From Mayamaea pseudoterrestris (Eukaryota), in NCBI GenBank assembly GCA_027923505.1, contig BROI01000007.1:558001-622000 (forward strand): 64,000 bases of DNA, written 5' to 3'. This document shows positions 33,592 through 45,763 of the stretch, one piece after another. The notes beneath the pieces are model-generated. The model ran no database searches and was not told the origin of the DNA. It was given only the letters and a program-made list of their open reading frames with translations. Numbering within the stretch: position 1 is the first letter of the stretch; each line of letters opens with the position of its first letter. The translations under genes and the position numbers were made by a program.

Positions 33592-36500
33592 TGTTGAGCA
33601 TGGATGAGAACCCAAACCGAAGCGACAGCGGTGACGTCACGAAGACGGTCACGTTTAAGTAAGCGCGGTAAGCGGCAACCGAAGGAGTGGATCGAGGACG
33701 ATCACTTCTTGGAGAAAATAAGTAAAGTGGTTTTATTGACTCTGTTCTGCTTACATAGTGTCGCGGGCGGATTCATCCCTTTCCGCGCGCGAGCGGTGGA
33801 GAGTGCGACCTCCGCTCCGCCAGCAAGCGAAGGAAACCGACGCAACCGTCATTATCGTCGTGGGAATCGTGCTGGGAATCGTTCCGGGAATCAAGGCAAT
33901 GGTAGCAGACTCAACGGACCGAGTCGTGCGCCGAGTGGAAATTTCCAAGGAAGCGAGCCGACGCTCGCTGGATTCATCTACGACTACAACGGTTCGCGCG
34001 ATCCCGATGGATTCATCCGTACGACGAACGAGATCATCACTTTCGTCGGGCGCTCCTACAAGAAATATACCAAGGAGCTGCTCAAGGGCATGCGCAACGT
34101 GGAACTGGAGATTCCTGACGAGCCTGCGCGTCCAACGAAGGATGCCGACACGACGGACTCGGACTGGTCCATAATGCTCGAGGAATACAAGGCCGACAAG
34201 AAAGAGCATGTCGAGCGCGTGCGTGTGTACTCCGACTTCCTTGCTGGTCTCTACGCCGTGTTGTATGGACAATGCACGGAGCGTATGAAGGATCGTGTCA
34301 AGTCGCACGCCAAGTTCCGAGACGCCGAGGAGGACACGGACGGAATTAAGTTGCTGGCGATTATCAAGGAGATCTCGCATACGTACGAAGGGCGCTGCAA
34401 ACTTGTGGATCAAGTCGTGGACATTCAAGCTGAGTTGTTCGGACGTACTCAAGGAGCGCGCGAAAGCCTGCAGAAATATTACGAAAGCATGGTCACGCTG
34501 GCAGACGTGGCGAAGGCGGTTGGCGTCACGATGCACAACGAGATCGTGGCATTGAACATTGCCAAGGATGACAATCGTAACAAGGCGACCAAGGAGGATA
34601 TCAAGGCCGCCGAAGAGCTCGAGCTTGCGATGCTTTTCGTGCGTGGCGCAACGGGCGAATACGCTGGGTATTGCAAGCACTTGCGCAACTGCTACCTCGA
34701 CGGGCACGACAATTTCCCGTTGACGATCCACGATGCATACAACATCATGCAGCGTCGTGAGCATGCGGATGGAGAAGCCACGTTGCCAACGAACGAGGGC
34801 GTGGCGTTTCACACGACTGGTACAGCGCGTGACCCTCCTAGATGCTGGACCTGCCAACAGGTTGGTCATGTGCAGCGAGACTGTCCTACGAGAACGGAGT
34901 CTACGGAGAGTGCGCCGGCTGCAGAGGCTAGCGGGGCGCAGCACTTCACGCTGGGTAGCGAGGAAGATAGCGATGACGACGACGAGGTCGGATACATGTT
35001 CGCGCAGCCGCCGAAGGTGAACATCTCGAAGAAGGCTGTGCTCTTGGACAATCAGTCGACAGTGGATCTGTTCTGCAACGCCAAGATGCTGACGAACATT
35101 CGCCCGGTGCCAACGTGGATGGTGATCAAGTGCAACGCCGGTACAGTAAGGACGAACATGATGGGCGACCTGGAGGGCTATGGTCCGGTGTGGTGGTATC
35201 CGCAGGGACTGGCGAACATTTTGAGTTTGGCGCAAGTCCGCAAGAAGTTTACCGTGGAGTATCTCATGCACGGCGTGGAGCGTCCAATGTTTGTCGTGGA
35301 GAAGCCGGACGGTAAGCAGCGCGAGTTTGTCGAGACTGACTCTGGGCTGTATGTTTGCGAGAGCTTTTCGAAGGGCAAGCGCGGTGATGTCAAGGATGGA
35401 GTGGCGATGTTGACTACGGTAGACGATAACCGTACTAACTACACCAATGATGACTATTTACGCGCTGTTAGAGCTAGGGAACTGCAAATCAAAATTGGAC
35501 GGCCAAGCCTCAAGGATTACCTGCGCATCGTTACTAGCAATCAGTTGCCGAACTGTCCTGTGACGAAAGCCGACATCCTGGCTGCTGAGCACATCTTTGG
35601 ACCAGATGTTGGCTCGTTAAAAGGAAAGACGACGCGTCGCGCGTCGCATCTGGTGAAGCCAGCAATTGTTGAGCAGCTTCCACCGGCTATCATGAGTCGC
35701 TATCGAGACGTTACTCTTTGTGCTGACATCATGTATATCAACAAGGTCCCTATGTTGGTGACGTTCTCCCGCAGCATTCGTTTTGCTACGGTCGAGGTGA
35801 TTCAAAACCGTACGCTTCCGGTTATGTTGAAGGCAATCGAGTCTGTGTTGAAGATTTACGCACGCGGTGGGTTCCGTGTCGTCGCGGCTCTGATGGATGG
35901 GGAGTTTGCTCCAATGCTGGGCGCGTTGGCTGATCTCGGAGTGGCGCTCAATGCGACGTCTGAGGATGAGCACGTTGGCGAAATCGAACGGTTTATCCGT
36001 GTCGTGAAGGAACGGGTGCGCGCGACATACAACACATTGCCGTTTAAGCACGTGCCAGCACGCTTGGTTATCGAAATGACGAAGTCTGCCGTGTTTTGGT
36101 TGAATGCGTTTCCGCACGAGCGTGGCATTTCCAAGGATCTCAGTCCACGCACCATTGTGACTGGTCAGACAGTTGACTTTAATCGACATTGCAAGTATGA
36201 ATTCGGTCAGTATGTGCAAACGCATGAGTCGCACAGCAATGACATGCAGGCGCGCACGATTGGTGCGCTGGCTCTGCGCCCGACTGGTAATGTGCAGGGT
36301 GGGTTTTATTTCCTCAGTTTGTCTTCGGGCAAAATTCTGAATCGTGGCCACGCTACGCCTTTGCCCATGCCTGATGATGTCATTGAGCGCGTGCATCGTC
36401 TCGCTCGTCAACAGAAGGCCAATCCGGGCATCGTGTTCATGGACCGCCACCGTGTTGCGGAGGCTGCTGAGCCCGTCATGTGGCACGATGATGACGACGA

Positions 36501-38288
36501 GGATGATGATGACTCTGATTACGATGACGACGCTTCTCGCGGCGACGACGACTCTGCCGGCGGAAGCGAAGGAGTGAATGCGACCGATGACGATGACGAT
36601 GACAGCGACGACGACGATGGTGCTGACGGGGCAATCGAAGGAGTGCCGGGCGATGAGGCTGGTGATGGTGAGGCCATTGACGGCGAACTTGACGACGCGC
36701 CGGCCGTGGATGATGGCGAAATTGAAGGAGTGCCCGATGAAGGCGACATTGAAGGAGTGCCAGCTGCTGCAGACGAAGAGGATTTCGATGCGCGCTATGG
36801 CCCACGCACTGGTCGGTATGGCCTGCGTGCGCGCAAACCTCGATCGTTCGCTCATTTGTTCACGCTCGACGCTGCAGAGGAAGTGTCGGAGCCACTCGTC
36901 ACGGCACAGATGAACATGCGACAAGGTTTAAAGGCTTTCGGCGATGCTGGAGTGGAGGCAGTGCGCAAGGAAATGCAGCAGCTACACGACAGGCACGTCA
37001 TGAAGGCAGTCCCCCAGTGCACTCTGACTCCGCAGCAGCGCAAGGACGCGCTGGCGTATTTGATGTTTCTCAAGCGCAAGCGATGCGGGACAGTGAAGGG
37101 ACGCGGTTGCGCGGATGGACGCAAGCAACGAGCATACACTGCAAAGGAAGACGCAGCATCTCCAACGATAGCGACAGAGGCCATATTTCTGACGGCTATC
37201 ATTGACGCTATGGAAGGGCGCGAGGTTGCTGTAGTTGATGTACCAGGTGCTTTCATGCAAGCGGAAATGGATGAGTTGGTGCACGTACGTTTCACTGGGA
37301 AGATGGTGGAGCTACTGTTGGAAATTGATCGCGAGATGTACGAGCCTTGCGTCACAATGGAGAATGGCGAGAAAGTCATGTACGTCGAATTACTCATGGC
37401 GCTTTATGGTACGCTTCGAGCAGCACGACTATTCTGGGAGAAGCTGTCTGCAAAATTGCTTGAGTGGGGCTTCGAGAAGAACCCGTACGATCCGTGTGTG
37501 TGTAACAAGATTGTCAATGGAAAGCAAATCACCGTGGGATGGCACGTGGACGATTTGAAGATTTCACACGTCGACGTGAGCGTAGTGGATGAGTTCATCG
37601 CACAGATGGATGAGGAGTTCGGCAAGGAGACTCCAATGAATAAGTCACGCGGAAAAGTGCACGACTACCTCGGCATGGTATTGGACTATACTAAGCCTGG
37701 AGAAGTAGCAATCAACATGGTTGACTATGTGAAGAACATCCTTCATCATGCGCCGGACGACATGGATGGAACGGCAGCTACTCCGGCCGCCAGTCACTTG
37801 TTTCAGATCTCGGAAAATCCAGTCATGTTGAGCGAAGCAAAGAAGCAGATTTTTGTGACGATTGTGATGCAATGTCTGTATCTGAGTCAGCGAGCGCGAC
37901 CGGATATTCGCACAGCGATTTCTTTCTTGAGCACGAGGCTGCAGCAGCCTGACGAAGACGACTATAAGAAGGCTGCAAGAGTGATTAAATATTTACGCGG
38001 AAGCGTGGACATGGTGTTGACGCTGAAGGCGGACCAGTCCGGGATAGTCCAGTGGTGGGTGGATGCGTCGTACGCGGTACACCCAGACATGAAGGGTCAC
38101 ACTGGTGGAACAATGACACTTGGTCAAGGATCAGTGTACAGTACGTCGGCTAAACAGAAGTTGGTAACAAGAAGAGAGAGCTACCGCAGTTGCTGTGGAC
38201 AGGATATTTTCTGAAGGCGCAAGGTTTCGGGGTCAAGGACACGAAATTGTATCAAGACAATATGAGTTCAATGCTGTTGGAAAAGAAT
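33592..38288 (+). mobile_element. Ty1/copia LTR retrotransposon A (CoDi-type), 3'-truncated in RNase H, no 3' LTR
   Basis: Putative LTR from TGTTGAG at 33592. ORF has CCHC knuckle CWTCQQVGHVQRDC, protease LLDNQST, integrase (ADIM/DGEF/EIER), RT WHVDD and RNase H WWVDASYA, in copia order. Confidence 0.93.
33604..38214 (+). CDS. Gag-Pol polyprotein of copia element A (5' end noisy, 3' end broken)
   Basis: 1536-aa ORF. The real start is probably MSSTSN as in the second copy at 46002. Confidence 0.88.
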   Translation: MRTQTEATAVTSRRRSRLSKRGKRQPKEWIEDDHFLEKISKVVLLTLFCLHSVAGGFIPFRARAVESATSAPPASEGNRRNRHYRRGNRAGNRSGNQGNGSRLNGPSRAPSGNFQGSEPTLAGFIYDYNGSRDPDGFIRTTNEIITFVGRSYKKYTKELLKGMRNVELEIPDEPARPTKDADTTDSDWSIMLEEYKADKKEHVERVRVYSDFLAGLYAVLYGQCTERMKDRVKSHAKFRDAEEDTDGIKLLAIIKEISHTYEGRCKLVDQVVDIQAELFGRTQGARESLQKYYESMVTLADVAKAVGVTMHNEIVALNIAKDDNRNKATKEDIKAAEELELAMLFVRGATGEYAGYCKHLRNCYLDGHDNFPLTIHDAYNIMQRREHADGEATLPTNEGVAFHTTGTARDPPRCWTCQQVGHVQRDCPTRTESTESAPAAEASGAQHFTLGSEEDSDDDDEVGYMFAQPPKVNISKKAVLLDNQSTVDLFCNAKMLTNIRPVPTWMVIKCNAGTVRTNMMGDLEGYGPVWWYPQGLANILSLAQVRKKFTVEYLMHGVERPMFVVEKPDGKQREFVETDSGLYVCESFSKGKRGDVKDGVAMLTTVDDNRTNYTNDDYLRAVRARELQIKIGRPSLKDYLRIVTSNQLPNCPVTKADILAAEHIFGPDVGSLKGKTTRRASHLVKPAIVEQLPPAIMSRYRDVTLCADIMYINKVPMLVTFSRSIRFATVEVIQNRTLPVMLKAIESVLKIYARGGFRVVAALMDGEFAPMLGALADLGVALNATSEDEHVGEIERFIRVVKERVRATYNTLPFKHVPARLVIEMTKSAVFWLNAFPHERGISKDLSPRTIVTGQTVDFNRHCKYEFGQYVQTHESHSNDMQARTIGALALRPTGNVQGGFYFLSLSSGKILNRGHATPLPMPDDVIERVHRLARQQKANPGIVFMDRHRVAEAAEPVMWHDDDDEDDDDSDYDDDASRGDDDSAGGSEGVNATDDDDDDSDDDDGADGAIEGVPGDEAGDGEAIDGELDDAPAVDDGEIEGVPDEGDIEGVPAAADEEDFDARYGPRTGRYGLRARKPRSFAHLFTLDAAEEVSEPLVTAQMNMRQGLKAFGDAGVEAVRKEMQQLHDRHVMKAVPQCTLTPQQRKDALAYLMFLKRKRCGTVKGRGCADGRKQRAYTAKEDAASPTIATEAIFLTAIIDAMEGREVAVVDVPGAFMQAEMDELVHVRFTGKMVELLLEIDREMYEPCVTMENGEKVMYVELLMALYGTLRAARLFWEKLSAKLLEWGFEKNPYDPCVCNKIVNGKQITVGWHVDDLKISHVDVSVVDEFIAQMDEEFGKETPMNKSRGKVHDYLGMVLDYTKPGEVAINMVDYVKNILHHAPDDMDGTAATPAASHLFQISENPVMLSEAKKQIFVTIVMQCLYLSQRARPDIRTAISFLSTRLQQPDEDDYKKAARVIKYLRGSVDMVLTLKADQSGIVQWWVDASYAVHPDMKGHTGGTMTLGQGSVYSTSAKQKLVTRRESYRSCCGQDIF

Positions 38289-39004
38289 GTAGAGGCATTA
38301 TAAAGTTCGGAGGGGTGCCCTTGTCTCGTTCATTCGCCAAATCTCCACGGCTCCAGTTCAGGAATTGTGTCGTTTGTGGAGGCTCAATGAAACATTGGGT
38401 TTCGCTTTTGACCATATTGTTTTAGAGCACTTCTGCCTTGGCTCTGTCAAACTGAAACGTTGACTTGATGATGACTGTCGACGTGTCGTGATTTCAGTCT
38501 TGGCGATGATCGTTTCTCCCCCTCGTCTTCCCTCGATGTATCACGAGAAATGAGTACATGGAGAAGAAAAGGTACAGTACAACTATAAGCATTTACTGCC
38601 GATAACTCCTTTGTGTCAATGTAAACGTTGTGCCTTTGGTGTGATGCCTCCATCGAGTTGCCCCTGTTTCGTCGATCATGCTGTTGCCACTGCCTTGGAT
38701 CCATACACCTGCAAGATATACTGTCCCAACTCCCGCCTTCTGAAGAACAGATCGTTGCAACATGAGTGATGTAATAATTGTCTTTTGCGTCGATTTGTCA
38801 GTTGATCGTTCAAAAAATGAAAAATTTTTAGTCCTTCTTTTGTCGCTACGACCTTTGCGGGAAACGCACACCTTCCGTTTCACTCCCGTGCCTTTGATGA
38901 CCATGGCACAACACGCGCGACGCTGTTGCAGTGTTTTCTGACCAAGACTTGTGACCGCAAATCGACTTTTTCATTGTAACGATTAAGTCACAACTATCAG
39001 CATC

Positions 39005-40127
39005 ATGGGGAAGCACGAAGGCTCCGTCAAGGACATTGCGAAACAAATTAAATCAAAGACTTGCAAAAACTCAAATTCTACTGCCAACTCTGCGAGAAAC
39101 GGTGTCGCGACATAATGGCACAAATCCATGACAGGAGACTCTCGCGCGCCAATCAACTGTTCACAATGTCGCAGAGTCATGGATCGCTTACAACAGGTTT
39201 GAAATATGTTTCTCGACAATTTACGCATGCGACATCAAACCGTCATTTCGGCCAATAATGTTTACCAGCAAGTTATTCAAGACAAACAACATCTCCATAT
39301 GAATGCGACTATTTGGGCGACATGACTGACTTTGCAAATTCCTCAGGAAAACTGGCAAGTGTATTGTTGAGGAAACGGGCGCGGCTGGAGATCATTGATC
39401 AGAGATCAAACAAGCTCCGCTTGAACCGCGCAAAACGCACAGAGGAACAAGCGGCGGCGAAATGGCACTGCAGGAAAAGTTTCAGCGGCACGAGAGGGAC
39501 AGCAACGCCTGGATGCGAGTGTTGTGGAGGCAGCAACACCGAGCGCACTCGACACTAACGCGAATATTAATGTCAATTTGGAGATTCGTAAACCTATAAA
39601 AAAAGGTAAAGACAGGGTACGAATGTTGGAGCGTGTTTGAGGAGATGACGAGGGTTTCGAGAAGCGACGACGGTCCTCCTCGGGTCACCGCTTCCACCAG
39701 CATTTTGGAAAGTAAGAAGCGTTCACGTACAGAACCAGAATCTAGTCAATCAGCAGCTGTCGCTGCTGCAGCTACTAAAGGATAGCGATGATGGCTGGCT
39801 CTTGGACAATGTTCTTGTCCGCATTATCAACAAAAAAGTCGAAATACTTTAAACAAAGGCAATCGTCAAGCCGGGCTGGTCGATTGGCGCAGTTGACTCT
39901 GTTAGACGACTCTAACAAGAGTTTTGGAAGTCAAACAAAAGCATTTGGAGACCGTCGTGCCAAAGCAAACGGGATCGCGTGTGCGGTTGCTGCCGGGAAG
40001 ACATCGGGGTCAAGTGGCAACAGTTCAAGCGCTCGACAAGCATGAGTTTCGAGCAACGCTCCAGCTTGCGAATGCTGTGGTTTTGCAAAATATTGATTAC
40101 AATGACTTTTCGCAAGTAGCAGAATAG
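39005..40127 (+). pseudogene. Frameshifted duplicate of KIN17 (probably sequencing-error copy)
   Basis: Fragments QKLKFYCQLCEK and EVKQKHLETVVP lie in different frames. Confidence 0.75.
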
Positions 40128-40511
40128 TAGATTGAACAAACTTTTCCGTTCGTCTCGCTAGGGTGCTCGTTCGCAATGCAACGGCTCCTCGCACTGGGGC
40201 ATTGTGGTCTTTTCTTCGAGTCATGTTATGAATTGCAGAACGGTTTATATATAAAACAGCGGCTTTACTGTATAGAGATGTTATGTGCACTAAAACAACT
40301 TCAAAGGCATACCGTATGCGACGCGACGTAGCTGCTTTCCAACTTCGGTAGCGGTGCGACACTCTTGAAAGAAACGCAGCCGCACAACACAAATCCACAC
40401 GGCGACCAATAACGCAACAAATCCTTGCCTTCCCTCTTGCTAACACAGCTACTTTGATTCCGACTCTCTTATCGGTGACCATATTAATTCTTTCTATATA
40501 TCCTTAAAAGA

Positions 40512-43500
40512 ATGGTGATCGTCGAATTTCCTCTTTGGGTCGCGCACTCGACAGGCTTCCTCCACAAACATCTGCAACGCATGATTCTGCGCACAATGTC
40601 AAGGCTGCCCAAGCCTTGAACATGCTGCAGACGAAAAAGTCTGCCATGTACGGGGTCGACTGCCATCCGGACGGAACGCGATTTGCCACGGCAGGTGGAG
40701 ACGGAACAGTGCGAATATGGAGTACGGCTCCACTCTTTTCCAACAAGCATCGAGGAAAAATTGCAAATGAACTCGCGCATCAAAGCAACAGCAACAGTCT
40801 CACCATGGGTGGAGGAGGTTTGGTGACTTCATTCGTGAGTAGCAGCAGTAGTAGCAGTGGAAGTGATCATGATGATTTGACCTCGCCGATAAACGGAAGC
40901 GGCAATCTGCAGAATGCAAGTCGGGGAGTCAACAGGCAGCAATAAACCAAGCAGCAGTGACGAGGAAGAACAGATTCGCGACTTGAATAGCCTGGTACGA
41001 CGCAAAAAGGATGGTCAATCACCCGCACGACCTTTGCGGCCACAGCAAGTCCTCCTTTGAAGGCAGCGACAAAGAGCCAATTTGCTCAAAAGCTCAACAC
41101 TAAAAGCAATGAACCGCCACGCTTGCTTGCCGCCCTGTCGGCGCATACGGGATCTTCCGTTTTGGCGGTGCGTTTCTCAACGACGGGCAAGTATTTGGCG
41201 TCGGCTGGCGATGACGCTGTCGTTTGCATCTACGAGCGATCCAATGTTGCGTCGGCGGCGTCGGGCAATCTGACGGGGCATTACAATCATCATCACCATC
41301 ATGCTCATGCGGAACATTGGATTCGAATACACTGCTGTCGGGGGCATGAACTGGATGTAGTTGATTTAGCTTGGGCTCCGGATGATTCCTATTTGGTGTC
41401 GTGCTCGCTTGACAGTCAAACGCCAATCATTGTTTGGAAGATTGCCGATGATTTTGACAGCCGAAATAGCAGCAAGGGCATTATCAAGAGCCCGTACAAG
41501 GTTCTTGGACGAGGAGTTCATACAAGTACCGTCAAGGGTGTATGTTTTGATCCAGCTGGTTCGTACATTGCGAGTTCGGGGGACGATCCTGCGGTTTGCA
41601 TTTGGCGCGCACACGACGATTGGGGGCTGGAGCAGCGGATCGACGCTTCCTCCGGCATTTTTCGGCAGTGGCATGCCAATGATGACTCTGTCAGCTTGTC
41701 GAGTCAGTCCTTGTTTCGTCGCATTAGTTGGGCAACGGATGGCGCTTTCTTATGTTCGACGAACTCTGTCGTGAAGAATAAGCATGTTGCGTCAACAATA
41801 AGTCGTCAAAGTTGGAACGTGAGCTCTGGCTCGCATGTTTCGACAGGTGCTGCGAACCTTGTTGGTCACAAGCAGCCGGTCGTTGTGAGTCGGCACGCGC
41901 CTCAAATGCTCAGCGCCAAGAAGCGGCGCGAAAGAGCTCTTCAGAATGACGAAATTGAACATGAAGCTGACGATGAAGCGGAAGACGATGAAGACGAAGA
42001 GCCACAACATGCAATGCTATTGGCACTAGGTGACAAGCGCGGGTTCGTGACAGTATGGAGCACTAAGAAGTCGCGTCCAATTTTCAAGTTGCAATGCAGC
42101 GAAAGTCGATGTACAGTGACGGATTTGTCTTGGCTAAAGTTACCCACGAGTGACAATCTTGTTCTTCTAATATCCTTATTGGATGGCCAGTTAGTTGCTG
42201 TCAATTTTGCAGTGCCGTCAGAGCTTGGCGCGTTGTTGAGTAAAAAAAGATCAGGCTAGAGTGTTTCAATTGAGATATGGAATTGATGCAGACGATAACC
42301 GACTGTTCGTTGGCCGGAGCACAGGCATTAAAATAGTGGAGAACCCACTGCAGATGACACTAGAAGATCAGGATATGAATGACGCTGATGGAGGCGATAA
42401 TCCTTTCCAGATGACGTCGATAATGATAAGGAAGAGCTGAGTGCGCCCCAGCAGGAAACGCAAGCGAAACAGAAGGAGAGTCGGATAGGTGGCAAGAAAC
42501 GAGTGCAGCCAATGCTTGTCAGTTTGACTACAGCGCCAGAGAAGCGAGCTCGAGTCGATAATTCAAGGGATAAAGAGCTGCAGGAGAGACGGAAATCGCT
42601 TGATCCAGTGCAAAATGCACTTGACGCCGCAGAAAAAAGCTAATGCAGCCATTCAGGCTGCTCATGCGCAAAAGGAAAGGACAAGTCATAACGACGCTAC
42701 AATTGCCCAGACAAATGCTCCATCAAATATCACTTTGACAGCACCTGCTCGCCCAGCGCAGCTACCTGCTACCAATTCGTTCGCGTTGCCTTTTAGCACC
42801 GAGACATCTCATTCCGCCGAGCTTCCTCTCAGGAATGACTTCATTGCCTCCCACTCGGACCCTCCAGCATCGTTTATGGTTGAGTGCAAGAACTCCAACA
42901 AAACTCCTTCAGGTTCGATAGGGTCGTCAATGCCATGCATTGACATTGCAATTAGCTCTGTAGGGAAGGTGTCATGGAAAGAGCAGATCGCCGGCACATC
43001 ATGTTGTGCCATTGCTGCGTCGCTTGATTTTCTTGCAGTCGGGACTAGTGACGGTACAATCCAGCTCTACAGCACCTCACCCAGTATGGGCTGGGCGTGT
43101 GGTGTTGCATTCAGGTCGCATCCTACGATTGTGATCGGTCAAGCGCCAGTTAACCTTAGGGTTAAACGATCAGACAGCGGCAACTGGCGAGAAGACTGTG
43201 TCAATGATGATTGTGAGCGCTGACGGGGGCTTTGCAGTTTACACGCTACTACCACAGCTCAAGCTGCAATACAAGGGCACTATTGTTCCTGCTATGACGC
43301 ACATGACACATAGTGCCTGTGTCAGACAAGGCTTGGCAGTTCCAAACCTTTCAAGAATTCAAGTAACTGAGTCAGGCCATTTACTGATGTTACTATCTTT
43401 TGGAACCCGCCACGCCTCGTACAGACGCCAACGGGAATTATGCCTCACGTTCAATGGCAAGTGCACTGGAAAGTATTGGTGGTTCTGTCCAAGCATTTGT

Positions 43501-44069
43501 GTATAATGTTGACGCTGAACTCTGGATGCGGGTTTCGGATAGTCGCTTCCTACTGTCAGACTTTTTACAGTGTGAACCCCTCTCGAAATAACGAAAGAGG
43601 ACGACTTATACAATGGGACGACCTTGTTCGAATCGGAAGTGCGCAGTCACAGCTCAAGGCAAATCGTCGATTGAACGCTGACAGCGGCGAGGTCCGCACA
43701 ATATACAATAGCGACGAAGAAAGTATCTTTGAAGCAACCAGAGTACATTGTGAGGATCGCATGGCTTGCGCCATGGCTTTTGGAGAAGCAAATGAATTCG
43801 AGCATTGGCTTCGATTGTACATCCGCACGTTGACGCGCTCGGGAAATGTTGATGTGGTGCGCATTGTCGTTGACATGCTCAAAACTGACGAAGACCGACC
43901 CTTGCTTGGCTCCGACAGGATGGGTTGCTGGTGGATGTCACAGGCATCGTCCATTCTGGGACTTGGACGAACAACTCTTCTCAAGTCGATTGTAATTCCA
44001 GAGCTCAGCAAGAATCGATCGTTGCAACGACTCACGAACGAAATCAACCTGGAAGTTTCCAATTTGTGA
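40512..44069 (+). pseudogene. Frameshifted duplicate of HIRA (probably sequencing-error copy)
   Basis: Split into at least 5 ORFs by single-base indels, mostly in homopolymers. Confidence 0.75.
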
Positions 44070-44586
44070 TGCTATAATAAATGATGATGATAGCTTTGTT
44101 TGTTTATCTAGATTGTAGGCGATACGAGATACACATACCCAGCCAATAAGGGCGACTAGCAACATAAGAAGAGTACGACATAGATGGGACGTGATCGCTC
44201 CACAGTTGAGATTTGGGGACCAGTTGCGACTTTAAAGTGCAAAAATTAGCTAAACTCGTTTTGATGAAAAGAATGATGATGATTCGATTACCTCTCCCAT
44301 CGCTGTACCGAAACTAAAAATTTGCTTGCACCTCCGATATTGCTGGCCCAAATGACCAGGAGGCATGTGCAAAAGTATAGCATCAAGTGCAGGATCAAGT
44401 ACGGCAAGGGCGATAATCTATTTTGCACACGAGTCTGATCCGTACAGGGATGTGCTCAAGTAAAATATTTATGAGCAAGTATATAAAAGGCCAGCACCAA
44501 CTTTTTCAGTAAATCGGACAATTTGCTTCAAGAATACTATGTAAAAATGTACAAAACATATCACTAGCTTAACGGTTGTCGATAAA

Positions 44587-45582
44587 TTATTCAACGCCGC
44601 CTCCCGTCAGTGACTTCCACAAGCCAGCGAGTCCACCAACTTGCTCCTGCAGTGAACGAGGTTTACGAATCGGCACCTGTCCATTTTCAAACTTGTTTCT
44701 TAAATCGTAAACAAACTCCAGAGCCGACCGCTCCGCTTCCGTCAACTCTGGATGCCAAAAGTCAATGATCAATACATGCCGATCTTGCTCGGTGGGATTG
44801 CCGGTGGAATGAACAAAGGATGTATCAATCGTGGTCAGCTTGCCTTGCGCCCAGCCCCTGCGCACACCTCCCACTTCCATCCAGACCAAGATGCGAGGTC
44901 AAAATAAAGTTGCGTCCATCGCTATGTGGTTGCACGCCGGTTCCTGGTGTTTGCTTCGCAAAGCAAACGCCTCGCACCGCCAGCGGAATTTTCAGCGACT
45001 TTAACAAGCGAAAGGTTTCCGGAAATTGAGGCACGTTTCCGTGTTCCATACGCCAAGTCGCTGCAGTCGCACGGCGCTCCAACCTTGGCCCATGACTTGG
45101 TTCTGCCAAATGGAGTCTGTGGCAAAGACCATGGAAGTGTTGAGTTTCGTTTCGTATTCGGCTTGGATAATGTGAGCGCTTGCTTCCAAGTCTTGCGCCC
45201 ATGGGAACAGCTGCAAGTCTTCTGCTGCGTTCCAAAACGGTTTCGTTGTTAATCCATCGACATGTTCCTCCGATGGCTCGTGGCCTGCAGCGCTTGGTGT
45301 TGGTAGGGAAAGTTTCCCCTGGGCTCTTGCCGCAAAGGTTCGAATGCGATCAATGTCTTGGTTTTGCTTGCGCCAAAAGTTCTCAATGTCATCAAGGCCA
45401 TCGTCTACATCCTCCCAAAATTGCATCTGCCGTTCCGTCAAGACATTGCATGACAAATGGCAGTGCCTTGTTGATGCGTGACGATTGTTCGTTACAAGAG
45501 TTGTGAACCCTGCCGATTTGCTGATGTGGAAAAGCAGCATGCATGCGGCAGAGCGCGACAATCTCATCGTCCATCTTCTCAT
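44587..45582 (-). pseudogene. Duplicate of the AspH-like gene with the same deletion plus an extra frameshift
   Basis: Same HLGL/WMEV junction at ~44883 and an additional 1-nt loss near 45028. Confidence 0.7.
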
Positions 45583-45763
45583 ATTTGTAGTGGTTGATGC
45601 TGGTCAATGCGCTGTACTTGCGCAGTAAGGCTGTAACGGTTGCTTCTCGCCGCAAAATCGGATGCAAAACAAACAACAAAACTGTGAAGTCGACGGCCGA
45701 AAAGAAGAACCGGTGAGACACGGGCCTCATCGTGATCACCGCGCGCGTTCATCGCGTCCTTGG

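Noticed and set aside
33751..36924. Long antisense ORFs (506 and 435 aa; also 519 aa at 45963-47522)
   Set aside because: They mirror gag-pol codon bias and carry no recognisable domains.
39005..44069. Programmed frameshifting or real paralogs of KIN17 and HIRA
   Set aside because: The indels are mostly homopolymer-type with almost no substitutions, as expected for long-read error.
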